Source of the DNA: Octopus sinensis
Lineage: Eukaryota
DNA length: 64,000 nucleotides
Direction of reading: 5' to 3'
Assembly: GCF_006345805.1 (NCBI RefSeq)
Contig: NC_043014.1
Coordinates: 33,418,001-33,482,000 of the forward strand
Of the stretch, positions 11,715-25,171 are shown piece by piece. A program made the translations under genes and the position numbers. The notes under the pieces were generated by a model. The model made no database searches. It was not told where the DNA came from and worked only from the letters and a program-made list of their open reading frames with translations. Every line of letters starts with the position of its first letter. Position 1 is the stretch's first letter.

Positions 11715-12420
11715 GTGTTGTCAACAACAGAGAGGGAGACATGTTATGCCTTCATTGATCTAACAAAGGTGTTTGATACAGTCAGCCATCCTATGTTGTG
11801 GCACCAGCTTCAGAAGTTTGGCTGTACACCAATGTTTCTCTCAATTGTCCCGAAGTTTCATGACAGAATGCAAGCAAGAGTGACACATGGCTGTAAAGCA
11901 GTGGAACCCTTTGATGTCTAAATGTGGGTAAAGCAAGGATGTGTCCTTGCCTCTCTGCTGTTTTAACATTTACCTGGTTGCTGTAACCCTTCTTTCCAGG
12001 AGATCGTTCGCTGAAGAAGATGGAATTCATATCAGGTACCACTGTGATGACTGCATCTCTAACACTCACCACCTGAAAGTCACTTCAAAACCCCTCAACC
12101 AGGCTGGATAATTCAGCTGCACTATCTCATACCCTGCTTCTCTACAACACATGACAAACTCAATGAACAGTGCTTATTCTTGGTTTAGTCTTTACATGAA
12201 TCATTGAAAAACTGAAGTTCTCTAATTAGACTTCCTGTACTCATTTTCCTCTCAGTCTGTCCATATTGATGATACGCCTCTACTCACTCTGTTATCTTGG
12301 AAGCACAATCTCTAGCACTTAACTCTTCATGAGGATATACTCTATTGGAACAACTTGGCCTCTGCATCTTTTGGGAGACTTAGCAAACAAGTCGTTTGGA
12401 CCTTAGAGCAAGTACAAAAA
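11715..12420 (+). mobile_element. RTE/BovB-like LINE RT fragment
   Basis: AFIDLTKVFDTVSH..LW..LQKFGC, VKQGCVLA.LLFNI, ASASFGRL; stops and frameshifts. Confidence 0.8.
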
Positions 12421-13171
12421 TCTCCATTTATTGGGCTGTCTATGGGTCTCGGATCAGACAACTGGAAGAGTTACACGATTGAAATTCCTTCCTACAGATC
12501 ACTTTTTATTTGCTGTTTTCTAAACCTGAGAAAAGTAAGTAGGGGTGCTAATTTTGATTTTTACACCCGCACAAAAATTCTAGGGGGTGCACTTGCACTC
12601 CCTGCACCCGCTGTTCTGGGGCCCATGGATAAAACTCATTTTTGTCAGTTGAGTGGACTGGAGAAATGTGGAAAAGTATCTTGCTCAAGGACACAATGTG
12701 CCGCTTCAAGTCGAACCCTCACGACCTTACGATCGTGAACCGAATACTTCTAACCGCTAAGTTATGGGCTTTCTGACAATAATGGGTTAATGTAGAGGAT
12801 AAGAAGACATTATAGAAGATATAAAGGATGAGATAAAGTGATTATTGTGTGATAATAGAAATAAAACTGAATAATTAACAAATGGGAAATTAATTAATAT
12901 TTGTGAGATAATTTCAGTTGATAGAACATGTTGATAATGACATTGGTAAGAAGGCGCTGGCATGGCTGTGTGGTAACCCATGATCTCACATGGCAGGACA
13001 AGGTGCCTCATACCAAAATCCTTCTGAGGGCTGGAATCTGCAGCATTGAGGCCTGGTTCCAGGTTCATTCTCACTGCATGGCACCTTGGGCAAGTGTCTT
13101 CTACTATAGCGTCGAGCCGACCAAAGCCTTGTGAGTGGATTTGGTAGACAGAAACTGAAAGAAGCCCATCG

Positions 13172-13210
<39 letters not shown>

Positions 13211-13652
13211 ATATGTTTGTGTGTCTGTGTTTGTCTCTGCAACATCGCTTGACAACTGATGGTGTGTGTTTATGTCCCTGTAATTTAGCAGTTTGGCAAA
13301 AGAGACCGATAGAATAAGTACTAGGCTTACAAAAAATAAGTCCTGGGGTTGATTTGCTCGACTAAAGGCGGTGCTCCAGCATGGCCACAGTCACATGACT
13401 GAAACAAGTAAAAGAGTATTAAGCTCAACAACATTCACTTCTTCAACATACATATTAATATATGGTATGAAGAAAATAAAAAGTTTAAAATATATATTGT
13501 TTTATTAATTTATTAATTCTAAATTAAAATTATGTATATATATATATATATTTTTTTTTTGTTGTTGATTTGAAATACTAAAGTTACCATTTGGTTTTGT
13601 ACAAAATAATATTTCTCTGAATTAGACATAAAACATAATAATATGGGTAACC

Positions 13653-13683
<31 letters not shown>

Positions 13684-13941
13684 TATAATAAAAATAATGA
13701 ATTTATGATAATTTCTACAATTGGAATAAGGTCACAAATGTTTGGAGGAAAGAGCAGTGTATTAAATCTACCCAGGTACTTAACTGGGACTTATTGTGTT
13801 GGTCCCACCAAGAGGAATGAAAGGTCAAGTTAATTTTGGTGGGGTTTGAACTCAAGACAAAGAAAATAAATAAACCAACAACATAACTAAATACTGCAAG
13901 ATACTTAGTCTGGCATTCTACCATTTTTGCTACTTCACTGC

Positions 13942-13992
<51 letters not shown>

Positions 13993-14219
13993 TTCTATTA
14001 TTTCTAATTCTGGCACAAGACCAAAAATTTGGAGGTGATGGCAAAGTTGGCTACATCAACTTCAGCACTCACTGGTACTTATTTTATCAAGCCTAAAAGG
14101 ATGAGAGAAAACGTTAACCATGATGGAATTTGAACTCAGAACATGAAGAGTTGGTAGAAATGCCACTAAGCATTTTGTTCGATGCAGTAACAATTCTGCT
14201 AGACTGTTGCCTCAATAAC

Positions 14220-14262
<43 letters not shown>

Positions 14263-14339
14263 GATAAAGAAAAGGTTAAGGTATTTGAATCAAACACCAA
14301 AAAATTTGACATTAATAAAAAAAAAGAAAGAAATACTAG

Positions 14340-15540
14340 TGAATACTGAACATCAATGGAAATTGAAGCATACAGATAGGATGGGGATGTAGAAAGGAAG
14401 AGATCAGAAAAGACCGAGACACATAAGAGCACTGCAAACTTGGTCCTTCATAGGTAGTAAGGAACTCACCTACACTTTAAGAATAGCAAGTGACTAGAAA
14501 ATCCCTCTTGGGATTGATAAGGTCCCAAATTTCTGGCAGTACCAATTGGTAAATAGTAGAAGCATTTACTGAACTGATATGCAAATAAGAATGAATACCT
14601 GATTGGTAGCTAGTGAGAAAAACAACACTGGTTCCCCAAAGCAAAAATATCAGAAATCCTCAAAATTATACATCTTCAACTTGCCTTCCAACAACTCACA
14701 CGCACTTGTATCTTATATTCATCTTATAGAATAGGTTGGTTCTTCACTTGGAGAACAATAAAAAAATATTGGAAGAGGAATAGAAAGGATCCTGGAAAGA
14801 AATGCATGGCTATAAAGAGAACTGAGATATGGAAGACTGCAAAAAGAGGAAAATAAACCCTAGTATAACTTTGATTGATTTGAAAGGATTTTGAGAGTAT
14901 ATTACATTCTTGAGTTCTGAAGACATATTACATAAATAGACAACATCAGCTATGCCATGTCAAAATAGAAAACAATAATAAATATCACTACAAGGTAGAG
15001 AGAAGATATTTAAAACCAGCCCTTTATTCATAAGGAAGACTTATTTATCTCCTCAACTCTTTCACTTAGCTTTGATTTCATTAACAAAATTGTTGAAAAA
15101 AAAAGCCCCCCAAAAAACAACAACCAATATTATATGGGCTATGAATAAATTACAGTTAGAAAACTATCAAAAATTGTTCATAACTTCAGCCAGGTCATAA
15201 AATTCAGTATGGGATTAAACAAAAGTGTCAAAGCTAGTATAAGAAAAGGCAATTAAACTAAAACAAAGAACATAAAATTAGATACTGACACCAAAATTAG
15301 AGTATTAGGCCAGAATCACTCATACAAATAATTAGGAGAAGATGGAATTAGTAAAATGCAAAACACAGAAATGAAAAAGAATATTATAAAACAAAAGTTT
15401 AACTAATATTAAAAACTGAGACAAAGGAAAAAACCTAATCCCAGACCAACAGAAAAGATTAAAAAAACAATCAAAATGGAATCCTGAAATATACAGTAGA
15501 AAAAAAAATAGAGAGGAACCATTCCATGGCCAATACCCTG
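14340..15540 (+). mobile_element. Decayed RLE-type LINE reverse transcriptase fragment
   Basis: Broken frames resembling WID..KAFD, FGMGLNK..KA.I.KG and YKYLG.E.DGI motifs; many stops. Confidence 0.55.
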
Positions 15541-17740
15541 CATGGCTCAACAGAGAAAGTAAGCCAGGGCAAAAGCCAACAACGGTACAAAAACTCTGGG
15601 TTAGTTAAAAGTAGGAAAACATGACCATCACCTAACAATATAACTTATAACACTGATTACAGAGCATACAGTAATACCTCACTTTATGGGACCCCGGGCT
15701 TATGAGTTTTTGCTTTATGAATGTTTTCTGGGAATGAATTAAACATAAACATCATCCAACAGGAAAACAGTTCACATTACAATACATGCCAGGCATGGCC
15801 ATGTGGTTAAGAAGCTTACTTCCGAACCAATTGATCTTGGGTTCAATCTTACTGTGTCGCACCTTAGACGGGCATCTTCTGCTGTAGCTCCAGGCCAAAC
15901 AAAACTTTGTGGTTGGATATATATATATATAAATGCAGGTGTGGCTGAATGGGAAGAGACTTGCTTCCCAATCACATGGTTCTGGGTTCAGTCCTACTGT
16001 GTGGCATCTTGAGTAAGTATCCTCTACTATAGCTTCAGGCTGACCAAAGCCTTGTGAGTGGATTTGGTAGATGGAAACTGAAAGAAGCCCATTGTGTGTG
16101 TGTGTGTGTGTATTTGTATCTATGTTTGTCCCCCACCACCAATTGACAACCAGTGTTGGTGTGTTTACATCCTGCTGTAGAAAGTTTGCCTCAACAAATT
16201 CTGCCTGATCCATGCAAATATGGAAAAGTGGGCGCTAAAACAACAATGAAGATGCTGCTGCTGCTGATGATGATGACGATTACACATACTCTATACAACA
16301 TATGGAACATTAAAATAATTCCTGAAACAACAAAATAAATGCCATGACGAAGCGAAACCGATCAAGATATAAACACAATTCTACATTCCTAAAAGACCAA
16401 ACAATACACAATTCACGAATGCCAAGACACATAAGGGATGCAGTGAAGGCTGGTGGAAAACAGTTGAAAACATGATGACAATAACTGCTCCTAACATAGG
16501 TACCAGGCCAGAAATTTTGGGGAGAGATTAGTCAATTGCATCAACTCCAGTACTTGACTAGCACTTTATTTTATCATTCTCAGGACAAAAGGGAAAGTTC
16601 ACCACTTTGAGATTTGAACTCAGATATGTTATGAGTGAGAGTAAATACTGCAAGGTATTTTTCCTGATGCTTTAACAATTTTGCCAATATTTAAAACAAT
16701 GAAATTTTATAATCTCGTTTTATTTTAAAAAACAAACAAAAAACAAATATTAATAATAATAATTTTTTCATTATAAGTACAAGGCCCAACATTTTGGAAG
16801 AGATGAGGCGGGGGGGGGGGGAGTCGATTACATTGACCCCAGTATTCAACTGGTACTTATTTTGTTGACCCAGAAAGGATAAATGGCAAAGTGGACCTCG
16901 GCAGAATTTGAACTTTTATATTCTGAATTTAAACACAGCTGAGGTCAACTTTGCCTCTCATCCTTCCAGCGTTGACACTGATGGGGGGGGGGGGGACGTC
17001 GATGTAATCAAACTAGTACCGTCTCCTAAAACTGCTGACCTTGTGCCAAAATTAGAAAAGAACAACAACAACAATAATCATAATAATAATCCTTTCTACT
17101 ATAGGTGCAAGGCTTGGATTTTCTGGGGAGGGGAACTGTTGTTCACATAAACACCAATATTCAACTGGTACTTAATTTATCAACCCCGAAAGGATGAAAG
17201 GCAAAGTCAACCTCAGTGGAATTTGAACTCAGAATGTAGTGGCAGACGAAATATTAAGAATTTCACCCGGCGTGCTAATGATTAATAATCATAATAATAA
17301 TAATAATAATAATTTCTAATTTAGGCACAAAGACAGCAAATCTAAGTGGAGAAGTTTAGATGACTGTATCGACCCCAGTATTTAACTGGTACTTTATTTT
17401 ATTAACCCCATAAGGATGAAAGGCAAAGTTGGCCTCAGTGAGGTTTGAAATCAGAACTTAAAAAGGCATTTTTCTCTGACACTAACAATTCTGCTAATAA
17501 TAATAATAATAACAATTAAAATTATTATACAATCTCATTTCATTTGGTTAAAAAATAAAATCGAAAATATAACAATAATAATAGCAATAACAAAAACAAC
17601 AATTATAACAATAAAAACAAAATTTAACGACAACAACAATTTGTTTCTGATGCTGTTACTGCTCCTTCTTCTTCCTCCTCTTTTTCTTCATCTTCCTATT
17701 CCTCTTATTTTTTTTCTTCTTCTTCTGCAGCAAGTGTTGG

Positions 17741-17746
17741 TTTATT
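17741..17746 (-). promoter_or_regulatory. Candidate polyadenylation signal AATAAA
   Basis: tttatt on the plus strand, 16 nt after the MROH1 stop codon. Confidence 0.35.
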
Positions 17747-17762
17747 TCATAAAAAGTTTCCG

Positions 17763-17845
17763 TTAATAGTTATAAAGAAGGCTCATCGCCTCAGCTGCTT
17801 TACCTCTCACTTGTGGAGATGGGTCTTTTAGAAGGTCAATTAATG
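17763..17845 (-). CDS. MROH1: MROH1 terminal coding exon with TAA stop
   Basis: ccacag|CA TTA...TAT TAA; (A)LIDLLKDPSPQVRGKAAEAMSLLYNY*, the typical MROH1 C-terminus; phase matches the exon 12.8 kb upstream. Confidence 0.93.
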
Positions 17846-17926
17846 CTGTGGAAAATAAAAAAAAAATTAAATTAAAAATACATATATGCATATACATTTT
17901 ATATATAATATATGATACAATGTGAA

Positions 17927-18250
17927 GATGCATGGCTTAGTGGTTAGGCACATTTGGCTCATGATCGTAAGGTCATGAGTTCAATTCCCAGCAGCACGCT
18001 GTGTCCTTGGGCAAAACACTTTATTCCACATTGTTCCAGTCCTCTCAGCTGGCAAAATTGAGCAGTACCTGTAATTCAAAGGGCCAGCCATGTCACATTC
18101 TGTGTCATGCTGAATCTCCCTGAGAACTACATTAAGGGTATACATGTCTGTGGAGTGCTCATCCACTTGCATGTTAATCTCACGAGCAGCCTGTTCTGTT
18201 GATCAGATCAACTGGAACCCTCATCATCATAACCAATAGAGTGCCAATTA
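17927..18250 (+). mobile_element. tRNA-derived SINE family C
   Basis: tggcttagtggttag A box, gagttcaattccc B box, gtgtccttgggcaaaacac; a reverse copy of its tail lies at 18820-18940. Confidence 0.75.
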
Positions 18251-19695
18251 CGATACAATAATGATTTCAAATTTTGTCACAAGGCCAGCAAATTCAAGGG
18301 AGTGAGTAAGTCGATTATATTAGCCCCTGTGCTCAACTAGTACTTATTTTACTGACCCCAAAAGGATTTGGTGGAATTTGAATTTGGAACATAAAGACAG
18401 ATGAAATGCCTCTAAGCATTTTGCCCAGCATGCTAATGATTCTACCAGCTTGCCTCCTTAATATATGATATAATAATGCAATATATAACTATACTGAGAA
18501 GACTAGCAGACATTGTTATACATTACTGATCACAATGTGCTTCCTTGCATTGTTGTAGTTTTTGAATGATGCACCCTACTGGCTTGGTAGAGAGTCCAAC
18601 ATGCCCCCCCAAAATGGGATGCCAGTATGCTGCAGGGTTACCCATTTACAGCTGAGCAGACTGAAGCAATGTGAAATTAATTGTTTTGCTCAAGAACACA
18701 ATGCACTGCCACTCTAGAAATTGAAACCACAATTTTGTGGTTGTGAGTGCAACACACAAACCATGAGGCCACAAGCATTTACAGTATAATATAATATAAT
18801 ATGATATGATATGATATTATATACCGGCACTCTGTCAGTTATGATGACGAGGGTTCTGGTTGATCTGATCAATGGAACAGCCTGCTTGTGAGATTAATGT
18901 GCAAGTGGCTGAACAATCTTCAGACATGCAAACCCTTCAACCCCATTTGTAAGGGTATAAGGAAGTTCTCAACCCATACCTCCATTTTTTGAGAAACAGA
19001 GTTATGTCACAGCCATCACACTTCCATGAGTAACTTGCTCTGGCAAGGAAGTACTCTCTATTGTAACATATCTCTTCCATATTTTTCTCTATTGCCTGGA
19101 CTATCAAAAGAGTTGTTGTTGGTTGTGGTGCTTTAGTTATTGCCATTTAAGTTTGCATTTCTGTGATATTTTACTTTTGTGGCTTCTCAAATTGTATGTG
19201 ACACTGTTTATAATGGTGTTTGTTTAACTGTTAATTTTCTCTTCCTTCTTCATTTTTTTGCTAAACCTGTTTGTTATGTTTTTGAAATTATTTTGGTAAA
19301 AAATATATCTGTTGTTGTCTCCTCTCTGTAGCTAGCACCTTCTTCTGCTGGATAATCTCTTCTACTCTAAAAACAAAGCCTGAAATTTTTGGCGGAGGGG
19401 GCAGTCGATTAGATCAACCCCAGTATGCAATTGGTACTTAATTTATCAACCCCAAAAGGATGAAAGGCAAAGTCGACCGCAGCAGAATTTGAACTCAGAA
19501 CATAAAGACAGACAAAATACCACTAAGCACTTTGCCCAGCATGCTAACGATTCTGCCAGCTTGCAAGTCATAGTTAAATCAGTGATGCCAAAACAGCTGT
19601 GCCAAAATGTCTCATATGTTCAGCACCCACACACACAAACACAATACATAGGCAGTGTCACTACTAGGCACTGCACATATATTAAATAGAATACC

Positions 19696-19926
19696 TATTT
19701 CTTTATTACTCACAAGGGGCTAAACATAGAGGGGACAAACAAGGACAGACATAGGTATTAAGTCGATTACATCAACCCCAGTGTGTAACTGGTACTTAAT
19801 TTATCGATCCCGAAAGGCTGAAAGGCAAAGTTGACCTCGGCAGAATTTGAACTCAGAACTTAACGGCAGATGAAATACGGCTACACATTTCGCCAGGCGT
19901 GCTAACAATTCTGCCAGTTTGCCGCC
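19696..19926 (-). mobile_element. tRNA-derived SINE family B, full length, with 14-bp TSD
   Basis: Head ggcggcaaactggcagaa, B-box gagttcaaattc, central gcctttcagcctttcggg..gataaattaagtaccag (Deu/Nin-like domain from memory); TSD ttaaatagaatacc at 19682-19695 and 19927-19940. Confidence 0.88.
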
Positions 19927-21079
19927 TTAAATAGAATACCCCACAACTATATGCATTATTTAGAGTACCCCAAGACAGGCAGACAGACACACACACACAC
20001 GTAACTCTGCTTAGTAGTGCATATATTTACAAAAGTACTTTCAATGTAATAGAAAAACATAAAACAAAAGAAAATTATCAGATTTAGGCTAACCTGAAAA
20101 TAAAGATACAAAAAATATAAAAAAGAAGAAACAAAATATAAAAAAGAGAACATCAATAAAACTGTGTTTCAATTCAATAGAGACAATAGTTTAAGAAAGC
20201 GTGTCTTGTTTAAGGATGTGATCTACCAACATCCCACATAGTGACACTAATCCAATAAGCTGTCCACTCAAATGTTGTTTTTGATGTCAAGGTCCTGTTG
20301 TCTGTACTTTACAGGAACTGTGGCAATATTTTTAGCTGAAAAGCAAGCAATATTTCAGCCAAGACAAGCAATCATTTGTAAAACATGCAGTTAGTAAGAT
20401 CACAGGCAAATTTTTAAGTGATGGCAACATGTTAAGTCTTTATATTTGCAGACAGTTACAACCCTTCTTGGTCTATTATTTTCATTGCTGTAGTGTGGGG
20501 TACTAATATAGATGGTGTTGTAAGTTCTTTAGCTCTGGGTTACCTCTGACTGAATACACCTATGATTACAGACATTCCATCCAGGACCACCCTAGTCATT
20601 CTCTCAGGTATTGCATATCTAAGATCACATCACACAATCCAATGTGCCCACTACTTTTCATGAAAATAGGGTGTGGGGTGAGGGAGAAAGAGAAAAGAGA
20701 GAGGGTGAGAGAGAGAGAAGAGAATTGACTTCTATTTCTACCTGAGTCACCGTGTAGAGTCTCTTTTGTGTGTGTGTGCGTGTTGGGGTGGGGGGGAAGA
20801 TGGTCCTTAGTAGTTGAATGATATGAGGAAGACATCAGTCTTTTTTTCCTTGATAACCTAATCAGCATGTAACAACATATATAAAATAGTTTTATGGGGC
20901 CCACTATAACATGCAATATCATCACTGCCTTCTTTATCTTTCTTAATATTTTTACTTAAATATATAAATATCAAAATTATTCAGAATTATATTACAACTA
21001 TGGCACACAATAAATACATATGTAACAGACAAACAAAAATCACATTTTAGTCTGGTCTATTGGTCATGTGATATGTCAT

Positions 21080-21900
21080 CTGCTCTTGCCATTTAGTCAT
21101 GTGATACAGTATGTCTTCTGCTCAATGTCCTTTCTGTACTCTATCTTTCTTTCTTTAGCTATATGAATTATGCAATTTATCATGAAGGCAGAGTTGGCAA
21201 TTATGAACTGCAGGTGTATACAGTGGGCCCCGTTGAGGATGCTCCATCTGATGTTAGGAAAATTGCTTCCTTAGTTTCAGAGTCTCATGGTGAAGTGAGA
21301 TAGAGAGCTGGAGTTTTCTCTGTCCTTGCACCTGAAGGGATGTATATGTTATGTGAATTTTCCCTTGAAAACACAAACATTGGCTATCAGATCACATAGC
21401 CAAATCATTTCTCATGAAGCCATTGGATGGAGTGAGGTTAGTTCTGTAAACCACATTGTTTGAATGCAAGGATTTCCCTAGTGAATAGCTAGTTGAATTT
21501 CAGCTGTAAAGGGCTGGGGAATGGGATGGAATTGTGTAGGTGTCTATTTTCTTCTGGTGTAGTTAACCTTAGTATTATGGGCATTAAAGATGTTATCATA
21601 CCAATGGGTCCTTGGGAAAGGTTGTTTAACTGGAGATAGGAAGTTTCTAGTTATGTTTGTAGAGACATCTATGAACGGAGTATAGAACCTGATTATTTTT
21701 CTCTTTCTTCAAGTTTGGGGATGAGGGTGGTAGATCCTCCATCTACAATAACTTCACAGTGAAATCACTCCTTGCTGGTGCCTTGTGACATTGGGATGTA
21801 ACACAGGTGAAGATGTTTCTCTGCTGATAAACTAGGGATTCTTTTGCCAATGCATACGACTAGGCCTCTAATTAGAACTGGGAATGTTACAGCTGTTGGC
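21080..21900 (-). mobile_element. Decayed Penelope-like element, GIY-YIG region
   Basis: Broken frames KIRFYTPF..VSTNITRNFL and CQLCLHDKL resemble the PLE IIWFNPPFS.NV.TNI...FL and CNLCL.EKL motifs. Confidence 0.5.
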
Positions 21901-21927
21901 TTCTTGTTCTGTAAATACCAGTGCCAA

Positions 21928-22370
21928 CATCATCATCGTTTAACATCCGTTTTCCATGCTAGCATGGGTTGGACGGTTCAACTGGGGTCTGGGAAGCCAG
22001 AAGGCTGCACCAGGCCCAGTCTGATCTGGCAGAGTTTCTACAGCTGGATGCCCTTCCTAAGGCCAACCACTCCATGAGTGTAGTGGGTGCTTTTTATGTG
22101 CCACCTGCACAGGTGCCAGACGAGGCTGGTAACAGCCACAATCGGATGGTGCTTTTTATGTGCCACCGGCACAGAGGACAGTTGGGGCGGTGCTGGCAAT
22201 GGCTACGTTCGGATGGTTCTCTTACGTGCCACCAGCACTGGTATCACAGCTACAATTTCCATTGATGTTGAACGATTTCGATTTTGATTTTCACTTGCCT
22301 CAACAGGTCTTCACAAGTAGGGTTTGTGTCTCAAGAAGGAAAGGTATGCATAAGTGGGCTGGTTACGTCC
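21928..22370 (-). mobile_element. 5'-truncated RTE LINE 3' end
   Basis: Reverse complement of the 1170-1700 3'UTR including the (ATG)n tail. Similar copies at about 4760-4925, 26660-27200, 33945-34290, 35075-35345, 38580-39110, 40220-40380, 40620-40840, 48395-48510, 57500-57700, 63530-63670, 63770-64000 (all minus) and 27913-28305, 29230-29435, 34880-35045 (plus). Confidence 0.85.
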
Positions 22371-22808
22371 CAGAAAGAAACAAATGACAAGTAATAAACT
22401 TGTCTATAATGTGACTATTTCCCTTCTGTATACTTCTAATTCAATCTATCAGTGCTAATACCCAGCTCTGAACAATTTTCTCTCAGGCATGACAAGCCAC
22501 ACAATAACCTACTCCAACAGAGGAAGACAAGCATATAATGTTGCTAATACACTGATATGTATACTGACAACCTCAAAACTAGCTACTTCACCAGGTGCAG
22601 CAGTGGGCACATATTTCATTCCTTAAGTTGTCAAATCCGAAAGACTGTCAATAAACTGGCACCAACAGATAGTCCCCCTTCACTAAGTGGAAACAAAATA
22701 TCAACTATCTATTGTCAGTTACACTTTCTCTCTCTCTCTTACATACACAGACACTTTTTTGACTTGAGTTTTAGTTACATCTGTACATATCTACAGGTGT
22801 GTATATGC

Positions 22809-22810
<2 letters not shown>

Positions 22811-22861
<51 letters not shown>

Positions 22862-23896
22862 ATATATTAAATAATCATTTAATTAATTAGTAATAAAACT
22901 GAAATACAACTAGTATAGGTGTTTTCACTGGCAAAATGACACTCTGCAATATTTATTTTCAATACAAGATTCATATCAAGAACTTACAAAACAAATACCA
23001 AAACAAAATATACAAACACATTAACATGAATACAGACACACACACACAGATATGCATAAATATATAGATATACATACATATATTTAGACATACACACATA
23101 TTTACATACATATATAGTAATATACAGGATATGTGGAAATAACAGTTAGTCATTGGTGATAATTGATCTGCTTAGGTATTGGTGATGACAGGTTAGTGGG
23201 TTGGTGACAACAGGTCCTGTTAGTCACTGGTGGCAATAACAAACTGAATCTTCAACACACATCACGCACTAAGACAACAGAAGTCAATATAAAAAAAATT
23301 AACAATATACATACAAACATAAACATATATAAATATGCATATGTATGTGTGTGTGTGTGTGTGGTGTGTGTGTGTGTGTATATATATATATATTATATAT
23401 ATATATATATTAAATAATCATTTAATTAATTAGTAATAAAACTGAAATACAACTAGTATAGGTGTTTTCACTGGCAAAATGACACTCTGCAATATTTATT
23501 TTCAATACAAGATTCATATCAAGAACTTACAAAACAAATACCAAAACAAAATATACAAACACATTAACATGAATACAGACACACACACACAGATATGCAT
23601 AAATATATAGATATACATACATATATTTAGACATACACACATATTTACATACATATATAGTAATATACAGGATATGTGGAAATAACAGTTAGTCATTGGT
23701 GATAATTGATCTGCTTAGGTATTGGTGATGACAGGTTAGTGGGTTGGTGACAACAGGTCCTGTTAGTCACTGGTGGCAATAACAAACTGAATCTTCAACA
23801 CACATCACGCACTAAGACAACAGAAGTCAATATAAAAAAAATTAACAATATACATACAAACATAAACATATATAAATATGCATATGTATGTGTGTG
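22811..23896. repeat. 543-bp tandem duplication, essentially identical copies
   Basis: ttaaataatc at 22867 and 23410; identical ORFs 22971-23153 and 23514-23696; junctions fall in (GT)n(AT)n. Confidence 0.95.
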
Positions 23897-24165
23897 TATG
23901 TGTGTGTGTGTGTGTGATTATGAATGGTTGCATACAGGTGTGAAGGTAATTAAGCATAAAAAGTCATCAATATGAGGAAGTGGAATAGTATATATTCAAA
24001 GCTGAGTCTGGGAGACTTGTTACTCGAATTTTGTTGGTATATAAGCATAAAACTTGAGCAGTGGTCAATCACCACTTTGAATATATATTTATATGTATCT
24101 ACCTACCTATATATAAGTGTATATTTATGTATGTATACACAAACTTTTATATATATATAAATATA

Positions 24166-24371
24166 TAGGGTGTCCACAAATTTATTAGACAAATAGAAAA
24201 ATTTACTAAAATTGTAATGGAAACTAGATAACATAGCATTAATAAAACTATTAGTACCATAGAATAAACTTTAATAAAAGCATATTAATATGCAACAAAA
24301 CTGTAGTTGCCACCTCTTCTAAGATTTTCATAATGACCTTTTAAAATTGTCTAGAGAGTTTGTGGAAACCC

Positions 24372-24374
<3 letters not shown>
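24166..24374. mobile_element. Tc1/mariner-type MITE
   Basis: tagggtgtccacaaa ... tttgtggaaaccctg terminal inverted repeats, flanked by TA/TG repeats. Confidence 0.6.
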
Positions 24375-24430
<56 letters not shown>

Positions 24431-24438
24431 GGTGATTA

Positions 24439-24783
24439 AAATCAAAATAAGCAACAAGGATATCCAGAGGTAATGCGGTACGATTGTTTCATGCAACTCC
24501 ATTTCAGGCAGTGTCTTCTTGAAAAAAATTCAGTTACAGCTATGATGTTGTAGGTACAGCATGTTCTTTGTCTATCTCCTTAACTTCTTAGAGATCTTAG
24601 GTAAAATTATACTAATGTGTCCTTCTGTTCTAATTTAATTAAATTCTATGTCTTTGCGCAGCTGAAGATTGCACTACATTTAAATTGATGTAATGAAATG
24701 ATTGCATTGTTCAATTAAATGGAGTTACATGAAACGATTGTACAGCACTACTTCTGGATATCCTTGTTGCTTATTTTGAAATT
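24439..24783. mobile_element. MITE with ~65-bp terminal inverted repeats
   Basis: caaaataagcaacaaggatatccaga...aactccattt at 24439-24504 is inverted at 24717-24783. Confidence 0.7.
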
Positions 24784-24884
24784 GTATGGATAATACTGTA
24801 CTAAATTCTGGTGCCTCAACTTAAGTACCATATTCATCTGAATCTAAATTTTTACTGAACTCATATATATATATATATATGCTA

Positions 24885-25088
24885 TGATAGATCGTTAGCT
24901 CCTACACGCATTTTTACTCTCCTTTTTTTTTCTCTCCTTGTTTTTTTCTGTGTATCTTTCTGTCGAAGAGCGTAGGCTCGAAATGTAAAAGACTTTTTCT
25001 ATTTCTATTCCTGAGCGCTATACTAATACATTTGTTTGTTTGTACTCCACCTGCCTTCGTCTTTTGTTTATTTTCATAAACTTTCCCT

Positions 25089-25090
<2 letters not shown>
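24885..25090 (+). mobile_element. TA-associated hammerhead-like repeat, copy 2
   Basis: tcttt-ctgtcgaa-gagc-gtag-gctc-gaaa-tgta-aaagac at 24955-24993; flanked by (TA)n and (TATC)n. Confidence 0.6.
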
Positions 25091-25164
<74 letters not shown>

Positions 25165-25171
25165 GCACACA

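Noticed and set aside
17927-18000. Functional tRNA genes
   Set aside because: All A/B-box-bearing segments examined continue into SINE bodies or lack a complete cloverleaf.
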